DNA of 62,167 bases. Source: an uncultured Bacteroides sp. GTDB taxonomy: Bacteria > Bacteroidota > Bacteroidia > Bacteroidales > Muribaculaceae. The DNA lies in the NCBI GenBank assembly GCA_964531245.1, contig CAZHDH010000001.1:1-62167 (forward strand), read 5' to 3'. Every line of letters starts with the position of its first letter. Position 1 is the stretch's first letter. The notes under the pieces were generated by a model. That model did no database searches and was not told where the DNA came from. It saw nothing but the letters and a program-made list of their open reading frames with translations. Shown piece by piece: positions 10,359 through 20,512 of this stretch. Both the position numbers and the translations under genes were made by a program.

Positions 10359-12896
10359 TTAATAACCCAGCGAAATTTCGTCAAGATAAAGCTGCGAGCC
10401 CATATATGTGCCGTTTGTGGTATTTGCTGCACCCGGGCCTGAGAAGTTATCATTAGAAAGCTTGATAAAGTCCATATTGTATGACGAAAGGAATTTGATA
10501 TAAAGCTTTTGAGCCTTGGCGGCATCCACAGGATAGGTCAGAGTCAGCTTTTTAGAGGTGTAATCTGATGTAGGAATAAGCAGATCGGTCTGTTTAGAGA
10601 TAATATTTCCGGCAGCATCTTTAACCCAAATTTCAACATAACCACGGTCGTTGGGATTCTTGGGGAAATACTTATACTGGAAATTAAGAGTTGACGGACG
10701 ACTCTTGAAGCTTATGCCACAGTCGAGGTCATCAGTTGTTACAGGACCGGGGCTACTGGTGGCATTGACATTTACGAGAATGGCTCGATAAGAATATTCC
10801 ACTACATTATCATTGTCTCCATAACCGTCCGGACGTGAGTAGCGATTGGCTCCTAAATGCAACAGGCCGGGGTCGGTATATTTGCACAAGCCACTCAATC
10901 CGGTATTACCGAAGGCGGTATTCCCACTACCCCAACCACATGTACGTAGCAGGAAAGCATAACCATCGGTAGGATCGGAAGAAGGAATTGTGCCGGAAAT
11001 ACGGGTGTAGCCATAGTTGCCACCCTGTGAGGTTGTCATGTGATTATTGGTACCCCACCCTCCATCGAAATCAAACAACTGCCAATGGCTTTGAGAATCA
11101 ACGGGATCCGGAGCTTCACCGAGATTGCCATTTTCAATGTCGTCGGTGCTTTCGGTGGTAAATTTGAATTCGGCTACATCGCTCAGGTCGGTTGCACCGT
11201 TGCGAATCTTGGCGGTATAATTTGTTGCGGCACGGAGTCCGGTTACTTCGAGCACGAATTTATCGGCCATCGGTGTGGTCTTTACCTGAGTATAATTTGT
11301 AAGCCCATCGCGGAGCACATACACCTGAGCGCCGGCCATCAGCTTGGCTACCAGAGCAGTGTCGTTATCCTTATCGCCGATGGTTACGGGGATATATGCT
11401 TTTTTGGCAAAGGCGTTTACATCGCCCTTCGCCACCACTTGCGGTGTACGTTCGATATCAAGTTCGTTTGAAGTGGTGCGACCGGCAGTGGCGCGCACTT
11501 TCAGATCCGATTCGCCATAGATGGTGAGTGTGGCGCGATAGTCAACATTGGGATTATTGTGAAGCGAAGTAATTGTAGCATCGGCAGCGCTCCAGATACC
11601 CAGCGCATTGTTGTAATATTCAAATTTCAAGGCATCTACATTGCCGGCGTTGAAATTGAAGTCAACGGTGACTTCCTCGCCGCCCACGTAAGCCGAACCC
11701 GAGAGCAGTTCGAGCACAGGACGCTGCGCATCAAATGTAACAGTGAAAGGATCAGACACCTTACCGTAGCGATCTTTCGCTGTGATGGTGAACGTGGTGA
11801 GATTGTCACCGTTACTCATATATATAATGTGGTCCAGCACCCCGCCAAAGTCGAGTACGGCAAGTTTGTCGGGATTGTTATACACGCCGCGGGTTTCCAG
11901 ACCCAGTTCGTCGAGCTTAGCCTTTACTGAGGCATCGGCACTCATAAGCTCAACATTCTCAGGCCACTGCTGATCAAGCAGGGATGTGCCGGTGGTGTGA
12001 ATGTTAACAGATTTCAGACCACCGCGGGCCATGATATTCACCTTAGCCTCAACGCCATCCACAAAACCGGGAATGAATACGAAAGGCTGCGAATCGTCGA
12101 AATTAGCGGCCTTGACCTCGGGGGCCGGAGCAGCCAGAATTTCATCGGAAATATCAATCAGAATGGTTTCCTCGGCAAGCGATTCATCGATGGTGACAGC
12201 AAGAGCTGCGTCGCCATATCCTTCGTCAAGACCGACTTTAACGTGATAAACCCGGCGCGGTTTGGCAACAAACGAGGCCACTTCGAGCTTACCGCCCTTG
12301 CCGTTGGGTTTTGTAAATTCGACATTGACGCTCACAGAGCCTTCCTGCACGTACACAGGGCGTTCCTCGTCTGCTTCGACCACGGTAACAGTTCCGCCTG
12401 CACCAATGGCTTCTGCCTTCCAGGAAGTCATATAGTCTTTAAATTCATCGGAATACTCAATGCTGAGCATTGCTTTCTGGAGCGATGCGGTGATGTTCAC
12501 CTCAGTCATCTCATTTTCAGCAATCTGTATAGTCTGCGAACCATAGAAGTAAGGTGCTTCAAAGCCCTCTTCCTCGGGATCGCCGTATGAAACCTCGACG
12601 GTGTATTCACCTACGGGGATTTCCTTTTCTTCAGGGAAGTCGGAGAGATTGTCCCATGATTCTTCAAAGTCGCCTTCGTTGGCCGAGAGAGAGAGGCTGA
12701 GGTCGTCCGTAGTGACATCGGAATACTCAGCACGGGAATCTCTACCGTTGACAAGCGATTTGTCGAGATCAACCTTCAGAGTCATGGAGCCCTTGTTAGG
12801 AGAAGATGGCTTGTAAGGCGTATAACCGTCGGAACAAGCGACACTTACCCCCAGGAGAGTAGCAAAGACGGCTCCTTTCAGAAGTAAATTAGTCAT
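10359..12896 (-). CDS. DUF4493-domain lipoprotein with FN3-like and PCMD-like C-terminal domains
   Basis: Lipobox SVAC; YGDPEEEGFEAPYFYG motif; GISFKSRPSTLNFQYKY and GSQLYLDEI C-terminal motifs. Confidence 0.72.
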   Translation of the reverse strand: MTNLLLKGAVFATLLGVSVACSDGYTPYKPSSPNKGSMTLKVDLDKSLVNGRDSRAEYSDVTTDDLSLSLSANEGDFEESWDNLSDFPEEKEIPVGEYTVEVSYGDPEEEGFEAPYFYGSQTIQIAENEMTEVNITASLQKAMLSIEYSDEFKDYMTSWKAEAIGAGGTVTVVEADEERPVYVQEGSVSVNVEFTKPNGKGGKLEVASFVAKPRRVYHVKVGLDEGYGDAALAVTIDESLAEETILIDISDEILAAPAPEVKAANFDDSQPFVFIPGFVDGVEAKVNIMARGGLKSVNIHTTGTSLLDQQWPENVELMSADASVKAKLDELGLETRGVYNNPDKLAVLDFGGVLDHIIYMSNGDNLTTFTITAKDRYGKVSDPFTVTFDAQRPVLELLSGSAYVGGEEVTVDFNFNAGNVDALKFEYYNNALGIWSAADATITSLHNNPNVDYRATLTIYGESDLKVRATAGRTTSNELDIERTPQVVAKGDVNAFAKKAYIPVTIGDKDNDTALVAKLMAGAQVYVLRDGLTNYTQVKTTPMADKFVLEVTGLRAATNYTAKIRNGATDLSDVAEFKFTTESTDDIENGNLGEAPDPVDSQSHWQLFDFDGGWGTNNHMTTSQGGNYGYTRISGTIPSSDPTDGYAFLLRTCGWGSGNTAFGNTGLSGLCKYTDPGLLHLGANRYSRPDGYGDNDNVVEYSYRAILVNVNATSSPGPVTTDDLDCGISFKSRPSTLNFQYKYFPKNPNDRGYVEIWVKDAAGNIISKQTDLLIPTSDYTSKKLTLTYPVDAAKAQKLYIKFLSSYNMDFIKLSNDNFSGPGAANTTNGTYMGSQLYLDEISLGY

Positions 12897-12997
12897 GGTT
12901 GAGAAATGAAAAAAAATAGTATAGAAATATGTAATAAATGTGTAATCGTATTACTTATGAGCGAACAGAGCAAAAAGCGCCCTACTTTTTCACGCTG

Positions 12998-13005
12998 CAA
13001 AATTA
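12998..13005 (-). promoter_or_regulatory. -7 promoter element for the DUF4493 operon
   Basis: TAATTTTG on the minus strand about 100 bp upstream of the first ATG. Confidence 0.6.
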
Positions 13006-13230
13006 CTTAAAATTTCTCAACAGTCAATAATTTTGTTAAATATTTTTTATTCCAAAAGGATACTAAGTTTTTCCTTTTGGAACAAAATTTACTCCCCTAT
13101 CGTAAAAAACAGGCTTAGACCGGGGGAGACGTCGCTCTGCGGTGTCGTAACTGCCGGATGGCCTCACCGCCCCCCATGCGGCGTGTCCCCCATACCGCGC
13201 AGCTGCGTGCCCCCCGGTACGGCGCGTAGC

Positions 13231-13271
13231 AACAAATGAGCCACATCGCTCGGCGGCGTGGCTCATTTGTT
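13231..13271 (-). terminator. Hairpin downstream of rprY
   Basis: aacaaatgagccac / gtggctcatttgtt 14-bp inverted repeat. Confidence 0.65.
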
Positions 13272-13288
13272 AGTTGGTATTGATTGTG

Positions 13289-13996
13289 TTATTTAGATGC
13301 CTCAACATCGGGAGCGATGAGCTTGTAGCCCTTGCCGTGGATGTTGATGATTTCGATCGAAGGATCGTCCTTGAGGTGTTTGCGCAGCTTGGTGATATAT
13401 ACGTCCATTGAGCGGGCGTTGAAGTAGTTATCGTCAATCCAGATGGTTTTGAGTGCATAGTTGCGTTCAAGGATAGAATTGACGTGGGCGCAGAGCAGGC
13501 TAAGGAGTTCGGATTCCTTGGTGGTGAGCTTTGTCACTTTGTCGTTGATCATCAGCACCTGTTTCTGGGTGTCGAAAGTAAACTTACCGATCTTGTACAT
13601 GGTGACATCCTTGCCCTTCTTGCCCTTTACGCGACGCAGGATGGCCTCGATGCGCAGCACGAGTTCTTCCATCGAAAACGGTTTGGTGATATAATCGTCG
13701 GCACCGATCTTGAAGCCTTCGAGGATGTCGTCCTTCAACTGTTTGGCGGTGAGGAAAATGATGGGCACTTCAGAATTGAAAGTGCGGATTTCCTGAGCCA
13801 GAGTGAAACCATCTTTTTTGGGCATCATCACGTCGAGCACGCAGATGTCGTACTGACCCTTCAGAAATGCCTTATAGCCGGCATCGCCATCGTTGTAAAG
13901 GTCGGCATTGAAGCCTTTTGCCTGTAGATATTCTCTAAGGAGCATGCCGAGGTTCTCGTCGTCCTCGCACAGTAATATTTTCATACGTTCTTCCAT
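13289..13996 (-). CDS. rprY: OmpR-family response regulator RprY
   Basis: ILLCEDDENLG, LDVMMPKKDGF, GADDYITKPF and RSMDVYITKLRK motifs; next to an RprX-like kinase. Confidence 0.9.
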   Translation of the reverse strand: MEERMKILLCEDDENLGMLLREYLQAKGFNADLYNDGDAGYKAFLKGQYDICVLDVMMPKKDGFTLAQEIRTFNSEVPIIFLTAKQLKDDILEGFKIGADDYITKPFSMEELVLRIEAILRRVKGKKGKDVTMYKIGKFTFDTQKQVLMINDKVTKLTTKESELLSLLCAHVNSILERNYALKTIWIDDNYFNARSMDVYITKLRKHLKDDPSIEIINIHGKGYKLIAPDVEASK

Positions 13997-14025
13997 ATTC
14001 GCTTGAATTTTATCAGTTATTAATT

Positions 14026-15555
14026 TCAGTTTTTAGAGAGAGGGAGAATGATTATAAAGCGTGTGCCTACATTAAATTCGCTTTCCACGGATATTTGGCC
14101 GCCGAGGTCGCCTATCATCTTGCGCACGTATGCCAGCCCGAGGCCGAAACCCTTGACATCGTGACGGTTGCCGGTGGATACACGGTAGAATTTTTCAAAA
14201 ATCTTTTTGAGGTCGTCGCGACGGATACCGATGCCGTTATCGGCCACAGTGATTTCAAGGCGCTCACCGTCCAGATCACGTGAACTTACGGTGAGGTGCA
14301 ACGGGCGCTCTTCGGAGCGATATTTCACCGCATTGTCAAGCAGGTTGAATATCACATTGGTAAAGTGCATCTCGTCCACCTCAACCAGGGCGTTGAGGGC
14401 ATCGAGGTGTGCCGAAATCTTGCCACCGTATTTCTCTACTTTGAGTTTGAAGGTGTTCACGATGTTATACACCACCAAGTTGGCATCGATCTCCTCGATT
14501 TTCAACGTGGATTTCTGGCGGTCGAAGAGCGACATCTGAAGCACCTTCTCTACCTGGAAACGCAGACGTTTGGTTTCGTCGGTGACCACCTGCGCCACCT
14601 GTTGCAACATAGCAGGCGACTTGCGTATATCGGGGTCGTTGAGCATCTGGGCAGCCAGCGAGATCGACGAGATAGGCGTCTTAAATTCGTGGGTCATATT
14701 GTTGATGAAATCATTTTTCATCTCGGTGAGCTTCTTTTGTCTGAAAGCCACTATGATAGTGAACACGAATATTATCAGCAATATGAAAGTGAAGGCAAAC
14801 GCCGGCACCATAAATGAGATGGATCGGAAGATATAATCCTTGCGGTCAGGGAAATACACCATCAGGAAATAATGTCCCGACGATGAATCGCGCGGAAAAA
14901 GCACCTGCTTATACATATCGCCCGCGCCGGCGGTAGGATTCCACCCGGCAGATTTGAATTGCACCACATTCATATTATTGACCACGGCAAACTCAAAGGG
15001 CACATCTATGCCGAGGGTATCAAGCTGCTGTCGCAGATAGGTGGCCACCACGGCCGAATCGGCACGTTCGCGCAGCGGACGCTCGGATGCTGTGGCCAGG
15101 ATGTTGATGATCACATTATCGAGCATACTTTTCTGATACAGATAGCTGTCGCGTATGGCATTCTGCATATTGCGGAAGTGGCGGCTATCTGTGCGCGCGC
15201 CGGTCTGAATCTTCAGTATTTCGGAGGGGTCGCCCTTGATGGTCACCTCGGTTTCCAGACCGGAAAGTGTGGAAAACGACAGTTTCACACCATCCTGCGC
15301 CGGCAGCGGACTGCCCACACGCTGGGTGTAGATCGACTGCGACTCAACGCGGCTAAGTTCTTCTTCCAGAAAGTGATGCGTCTCGTCCTGGTCAAGCCGG
15401 TGACTCACGGCAATCAGACTCTGACGCACAGCCTGCGAAAACTGTTCGTGCCGGATAGCGACAATGTTGCGCATATAGAAAATCTGTATGCACAGCAGAC
15501 CGATAAAGGTCACCGCCATTAATATGGTCAATATCCAGATAGTCTGTTTTTTCAT
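14026..15555 (-). CDS. rprX: Sensor histidine kinase RprX
   Basis: Two TM segments; DFINNMTHEFKTP H-box; NLLDNAVKY, DNGIGI and GFGLGL boxes. Confidence 0.88.
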   Translation of the reverse strand: MKKQTIWILTILMAVTFIGLLCIQIFYMRNIVAIRHEQFSQAVRQSLIAVSHRLDQDETHHFLEEELSRVESQSIYTQRVGSPLPAQDGVKLSFSTLSGLETEVTIKGDPSEILKIQTGARTDSRHFRNMQNAIRDSYLYQKSMLDNVIINILATASERPLRERADSAVVATYLRQQLDTLGIDVPFEFAVVNNMNVVQFKSAGWNPTAGAGDMYKQVLFPRDSSSGHYFLMVYFPDRKDYIFRSISFMVPAFAFTFILLIIFVFTIIVAFRQKKLTEMKNDFINNMTHEFKTPISSISLAAQMLNDPDIRKSPAMLQQVAQVVTDETKRLRFQVEKVLQMSLFDRQKSTLKIEEIDANLVVYNIVNTFKLKVEKYGGKISAHLDALNALVEVDEMHFTNVIFNLLDNAVKYRSEERPLHLTVSSRDLDGERLEITVADNGIGIRRDDLKKIFEKFYRVSTGNRHDVKGFGLGLAYVRKMIGDLGGQISVESEFNVGTRFIIILPLSKN

Positions 15556-15658
15556 CGGAAGTCAAATTAAGAGGACTTTACACTATTAACAAACGTTTAC
15601 ACGAATGGTTTAACATTTGCCCACAGGTTTTGGCAAAGCCTCATTTAACATTTCACTG

Positions 15659-15690
15659 CAAAATTAACTAAAAAAATCCGACCGTGCAAG
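15659..15690 (-). promoter_or_regulatory. rprXY promoter
   Basis: TAATTTTG at 15659-15666 with CTTG 20 bp upstream, minus strand. Confidence 0.6.
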
Positions 15691-15741
15691 CGAAATGTTA
15701 AAATTCGGCCTGAAAATATTCAACCACCCTCATTTTTTTCG

Positions 15742-15749
15742 TACCTTTG
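15742..15749 (+). promoter_or_regulatory. -7 promoter element for the DUF1599 operon
   Basis: TACCTTTG 18 bp before the ATG. Confidence 0.65.
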
Positions 15750-15767
15750 TGGTGAAAAACAGAAAAT

Positions 15768-16301
15768 ATGGACACAAATCAACAATTTGACTCCGCACTG
15801 CTGAGTTGCCGAAATATATTTGCCGCCAAATTGAGCGACTATGGCCCCTCGTGGCGCATCATGCGCCCGCAAAGCGTCACCGACCAGATTTTTATCAAAG
15901 CCAAACGTATCCGCTCCCTCGAAATCAAGGAACACTCTGCTGTGGGCGAAGGCATTCTGCCCGAATTCATGGCTATCGTAAACTATGCCATAGTGGGCTG
16001 CATACAGCTCAAATTGGGCTTTGTGGACACCAAGGATATCACAGCCCAACGCGCTATGGAACTATATGACGAGGTGGCCGACCAAGCACGCGAGCTGCTG
16101 CGTCGCAAGAATCACGATTATGATGAAGCATGGCGCGGTATGCGCGTGCTTTCATACACAGATTTTATCCTCACCAAAATTGAACGCATCAAGGAAATCG
16201 AAGACCATCACGGAGCCGTAAAGGTGAGCGAGGGTATCGATTCAAACTATCTGGATATTCTCAACTACGCCGTGTTCGGCATCATCAAACTCACAGAATG
16301 A
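15768..16301 (+). CDS. DUF1599 domain-containing protein (two tandem copies of the domain)
   Basis: KLSDYGPSWR and KNHDYDEAWR repeats; VSEGIDSNY. Confidence 0.85.
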   Translation: MDTNQQFDSALLSCRNIFAAKLSDYGPSWRIMRPQSVTDQIFIKAKRIRSLEIKEHSAVGEGILPEFMAIVNYAIVGCIQLKLGFVDTKDITAQRAMELYDEVADQARELLRRKNHDYDEAWRGMRVLSYTDFILTKIERIKEIEDHHGAVKVSEGIDSNYLDILNYAVFGIIKLTE

Positions 16302-17554
16302 ATTCCGGGAGTCCTCTCTGGAAAAAGATAGCAGTATGGGCTGCCCGTCTGCTTTCCGGCACCACGTTTATAGTATCGGGATGGTCAAAGCTGGTAGATC
16401 CGTCGGGCTTCGTATTCAAAATCAGGGAATACCTAAACGTATGGGGATTCTCAGAGAGCTTCCCTGTGGAGGTAATACTGATTGGCGCAGTGGGTATCTC
16501 GCTTTTCGAGATGATTGTGGGGGTGCTGCTGGCAACGGGTTCGCTCAGGCGCGCGGCGCCCTGCTGCGGGTTGTTGATGATGCTGTTTATGCTGCCCCTG
16601 ACGGCCTGGATTGCCATAGCCGATCCGGTAAGCGACTGTGGGTGTTTCGGCGACCTCTGGGTGGTTTCTAATACATTTACATTTATAAAAAATGTAATTA
16701 TTACCGCTGCACTGGTGCTTGCTCTGATTTGGCACTACGCCGCTCCGCCGCTTTATCGCCCGGCCCTGCAATGGATCGTGATTGCCCTCACGGGGTTCTA
16801 TGGTTTGATTATAGCCGTGGCCGGATGGTGGGTGCAGCCGCTGCTCGATTTCCGTCCGTTCGGCATTGGCAAGGAGCTGTGTCCCGAGCAGGCCGAATCT
16901 GATGTGCATTTCTTATATGAACGCGACGGCGTGCGACGTGAATTTTCCCTCGACAGCCTTCCGGACGATTCCTGGGACTTTGTAGAGCGTATTACTGACT
17001 CAGCTGCCGACGATAGCGCCCTGGTGATTTTTGACGGCGACGGCGAGGACGTCTCGTCTGAAATACTTGCCGAGCCGGACAGCCTGCTGCTGATTGTGGT
17101 GGCCGAGCCGGGGATGAATAACCTGCTCCGCTCGCGTTTTGCCAACGAAATGGCTGATGAGGCCCGCAAGCGCGGCATCGACGTGGCCGGACTGGTGGCG
17201 GCGTCGGGCGAAGCTCTTGACGAATGGATCGACCTTGCTCTGCCAAGCTATGATGTGTATTCGGCCTCTGATACTTCGCTGAAACAGCTGGTGCGCGGCC
17301 CTATCGGACTGGTGTATGCCCGCCGGGGGCGCGTGGTGTGGAAGACCAATTTCGCCAGCATCGACCCCGATTATCTGCGCGATAACCCCGACCCGTTCGG
17401 CAGTATGTATCCGATAAGCGATGGCCGGGCTATGAAATGGCTCACCGCCGGCTACCTCGCGCTTATGGTAGCCCTGCTGGGTATCAGTGCTTTGACCAAG
17501 ATTACTTTCCGTAGGCGTAAGGCGAAGCCTTCCGCTAATGATGTTGAACAATAA
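16298..17554 (+). CDS. DoxX/MauE-like membrane protein (BT_3928 family)
   Basis: FIVSGWSKLVDPSGF, PVSDCGCFGD and PLLDFRPF motifs; multiple TM segments. Confidence 0.8.
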   Translation: MNSGSPLWKKIAVWAARLLSGTTFIVSGWSKLVDPSGFVFKIREYLNVWGFSESFPVEVILIGAVGISLFEMIVGVLLATGSLRRAAPCCGLLMMLFMLPLTAWIAIADPVSDCGCFGDLWVVSNTFTFIKNVIITAALVLALIWHYAAPPLYRPALQWIVIALTGFYGLIIAVAGWWVQPLLDFRPFGIGKELCPEQAESDVHFLYERDGVRREFSLDSLPDDSWDFVERITDSAADDSALVIFDGDGEDVSSEILAEPDSLLLIVVAEPGMNNLLRSRFANEMADEARKRGIDVAGLVAASGEALDEWIDLALPSYDVYSASDTSLKQLVRGPIGLVYARRGRVVWKTNFASIDPDYLRDNPDPFGSMYPISDGRAMKWLTAGYLALMVALLGISALTKITFRRRKAKPSANDVEQ

Positions 17555-17580
17555 CACGGGTACACATTGTTATATTATAT

Positions 17581-18984
17581 ATGAACTCATCACAACCATC
17601 TCAACTCACCTTAGGGACAAACTCGATAGGTAAACTGCTGGTGCAATATTCCGTGCCGGCTATCATTGCAGCTGTTGTCACCTCGCTATATAATATAATC
17701 GACAGTATTTTCATCGGACGCGGCGTGGGCGCAATGGCCATCGCCGGCCTCGCCATCACCTTCCCGCTGATGAACCTCGTTGTGGGCTTCTGTACGCTGA
17801 TTGCAGCAGGCGGCGCAGCCATTTCGTCAATTTTTCTCGGACAGAAAAACGTTGCGCGCGCGACAGATGTGGTAAACAATGTGCTCACGCTGTGCATGAT
17901 TCACTCAATTGTGTTCGGCGGTCTGTCGTTCATCTTCCTTGATGAAATACTATACTTCTTTGGTGCCACACCTGAAACCATACCGTATGCCCGCGAGTTT
18001 ATGTATGTAATCTTGCTGGGCACGCCTATCTCTTACGTGTTCATCGGATTGAACAACCTGATGCGCGCCACCGGTTATCCCAAAAAGGCTATGATTTCGG
18101 CCTTGTTGTCGGTGGGCGTCAATGTAGCTCTCGCGCCTATCTTCATTTTCTCGCTCAAATGGGGTATCAAAGGCGCTGCGCTGGCCACAGTGTGCGGGCA
18201 ATCCGCCGCCTGCGTGTGGATCGTGATCCACTTTATGTCAAAGAAAAGTTTCGTGCATTTTGACCCGCATCGCTCATGGTTCAGCTGGGCTATCGTCAAG
18301 CGCATTTATTCCATAGGCCTATCGCCATTCCTGATGAACTGCTGCGCTTGCTTCGTGGTGGTGTTCCTCAATAAATCGCTGCTCGAAGTGGCCGGTGCCG
18401 ACGGCAATATAGCCGTGGGAGCCTACGGCATCATAAACCGCACCACAATGTTCTTTGTAATGATCGTATTCGGTGTCACTCAGGGCATGCAGCCTATCTT
18501 GGGTTACAACTATGGCGCTGGACGTTGGAGCCGCGTTACAGAGACGTTGCGCAAGGGCATCTGGCTCGGCGTGGGTATCACCACCGTGGGATGGCTGCTC
18601 ACTCAGATATTCCCCGATAGCATCAGCTCTATGTTCACCACAGATCAACCCATGATCGACATCGCGCGCTCGGGCTTCCATATCTATTTCTTTATCTATC
18701 CCGTGGTGGGGGCTCAGATCGTGATTCAGAACTATTTCCAGAGTATCGGCCACCCGAAGATGTCTATTTTCCTTTCGCTCACACGTCAGCTTATTTTCCT
18801 GGTGCCGCTGCTATGGTTCCTGCCACATATTTTCGGGATCAACGGCGTATGGGGCTCGATGGCTATCAGCGACTTCCTGGCTTTCGTGCTCGCAATCGTC
18901 ACTATGATTGTAATGAATCGCAAATTCGCTAAAAAATTCAAGACTCAAAATGACTCAACAGCTGCAACTCCGGCTCACTCCTGA
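17581..18984 (+). CDS. MATE family efflux transporter
   Basis: LYNIIDSIFIGR, many hydrophobic segments, GMQPILGYNYGA. Confidence 0.92.
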   Translation: MNSSQPSQLTLGTNSIGKLLVQYSVPAIIAAVVTSLYNIIDSIFIGRGVGAMAIAGLAITFPLMNLVVGFCTLIAAGGAAISSIFLGQKNVARATDVVNNVLTLCMIHSIVFGGLSFIFLDEILYFFGATPETIPYAREFMYVILLGTPISYVFIGLNNLMRATGYPKKAMISALLSVGVNVALAPIFIFSLKWGIKGAALATVCGQSAACVWIVIHFMSKKSFVHFDPHRSWFSWAIVKRIYSIGLSPFLMNCCACFVVVFLNKSLLEVAGADGNIAVGAYGIINRTTMFFVMIVFGVTQGMQPILGYNYGAGRWSRVTETLRKGIWLGVGITTVGWLLTQIFPDSISSMFTTDQPMIDIARSGFHIYFFIYPVVGAQIVIQNYFQSIGHPKMSIFLSLTRQLIFLVPLLWFLPHIFGINGVWGSMAISDFLAFVLAIVTMIVMNRKFAKKFKTQNDSTAATPAHS

Positions 18985-20512
18985 TCAGGCCGCCATTCCC
19001 GCACGTCTCACCGATGCCATAGCCCGCGAGCTGCACATCGACCCTGAGCGTATCGTGCGCACAGACATCCTACGACGCTCGATCGACGCCCGGCAAAGGC
19101 GCGTGATGGTAAACCTTTCGGTAAATGTGCATATAGATTCTGTTGATTCATCCTGGAAACGCTATGATCCTATCGAATACCCCGATGTGAGCGGTGCGCC
19201 CCAGGTTGTGGTGGTTGGCGCGGGCCCGGCGGGGCTCTTTGCGGCCCTTGAACTGATTGAAGCAGGCCTCCGTCCGGTGGTGCTCGAGCGCGGTAAGGAC
19301 GTTGATGCACGCCGTCGCGATATGGCCGCTATAAGCCGCGACAATATGGTGAATCCCGATTCAAACTATTGCTTCGGTGAAGGCGGCGCAGGCGCGTTCT
19401 CCGACGGCAAACTATATACCCGCAGCACTAAACGCGGACCCGTCGACAAGGTGCTTCGCATTTTTCACTCCCACGGCGCTCAGGACGACATTCTCATTGA
19501 TGCTCACCCTCATATCGGCACCGACCGTCTACCCGAGATTATCAAGGCTATGCGCCACACTATAGAGAGGCACGGTGGCAGCGTCCACTTCAACGCCCGC
19601 GTGACCGACCTTATCCTCAGCCCTGACGGAACCGAGGCGGAAGGGGTGCGCACCGCCGACGGCCGCGAGTTTCGTGGCCCCGTATTGCTTGCCACAGGTC
19701 ATTCGGCTCGCGATGTCTACCGTATGCTCCGCAATAGCGGTGTCGAGATGCAACCCAAAGGCATCGCTGTAGGGGTTCGCCTCGAACACCCGCAGCAATT
19801 AATCGACTCAATTCAGTATCATAACCCCAAAGGCCGCGGGAAATATCTGCCAGCAGCCGAATATTCGATGCTCACACGCGTCGACGGCCGCGCGGTGTAT
19901 TCGTTCTGTATGTGTCCCGGTGGTGTGATTATCCCCGCAGCCAGCGAACCCGGACAGCTTGTTGTAAACGGTATGTCGGCCTCGGCGCGCGGCAGCCGTT
20001 GGGCTAATAGCGGTATGGTAGTGGAAGTGCTCCCCGAGGATCTTCCGGAATACGATGAATACGGACCGCTTAAAATGATGCAGTTTCAGCACGATATCGA
20101 GCAGCGGTTTTTTGAAGCATCAGGACACACGCAGAAAGCCCCGGCGCAGCGTATGACCGATTTTGTAGCCTCGCGTCCCAGCTCCTCCCTACCCCCATCA
20201 TCATACCCTCCCGGACTAATACCGGCGCGCATCGACCACCTGCTGCCCCCGGCTGTGGCATCGCGCCTGCAACGCGGTTTTGAAGAATTTGGTCGAAAGG
20301 CCCGCGGTTTCCTCACTCCCGAAGCCACTCTGATAGGCGACGAGACCCGCACCTCGGCACCTGTCCGCATCCCACGCGATAATGAATCGCGCCAACACAT
20401 TGCTATCAAGGGGCTTTATCCCGTGGGCGAAGGTGCAGGCTACGCCGGAGGCATAGTATCCGCCGCCATCGACGGCATTAACACCGCCCGCGCCATCTCG
20501 CGTCAGATGTAG
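18950..20512 (+). CDS. NAD(P)/FAD-dependent oxidoreductase
   Basis: VVGAGPAGLFAA, FGEGGAGAFSDGKL, FCMCPGG and GEGAGYAGGI motifs; overlaps the MATE gene by 35 bp. Confidence 0.88.
   Translation: MTQQLQLRLTPDQAAIPARLTDAIARELHIDPERIVRTDILRRSIDARQRRVMVNLSVNVHIDSVDSSWKRYDPIEYPDVSGAPQVVVVGAGPAGLFAALELIEAGLRPVVLERGKDVDARRRDMAAISRDNMVNPDSNYCFGEGGAGAFSDGKLYTRSTKRGPVDKVLRIFHSHGAQDDILIDAHPHIGTDRLPEIIKAMRHTIERHGGSVHFNARVTDLILSPDGTEAEGVRTADGREFRGPVLLATGHSARDVYRMLRNSGVEMQPKGIAVGVRLEHPQQLIDSIQYHNPKGRGKYLPAAEYSMLTRVDGRAVYSFCMCPGGVIIPAASEPGQLVVNGMSASARGSRWANSGMVVEVLPEDLPEYDEYGPLKMMQFQHDIEQRFFEASGHTQKAPAQRMTDFVASRPSSSLPPSSYPPGLIPARIDHLLPPAVASRLQRGFEEFGRKARGFLTPEATLIGDETRTSAPVRIPRDNESRQHIAIKGLYPVGEGAGYAGGIVSAAIDGINTARAISRQM

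Noticed and set aside
13033..13266. Short ORFs (68 aa and 67 aa) in the rprY-DUF4493 spacer
   Set aside because: Non-ATG or weak starts; they run across a terminator hairpin and repeat-like DNA
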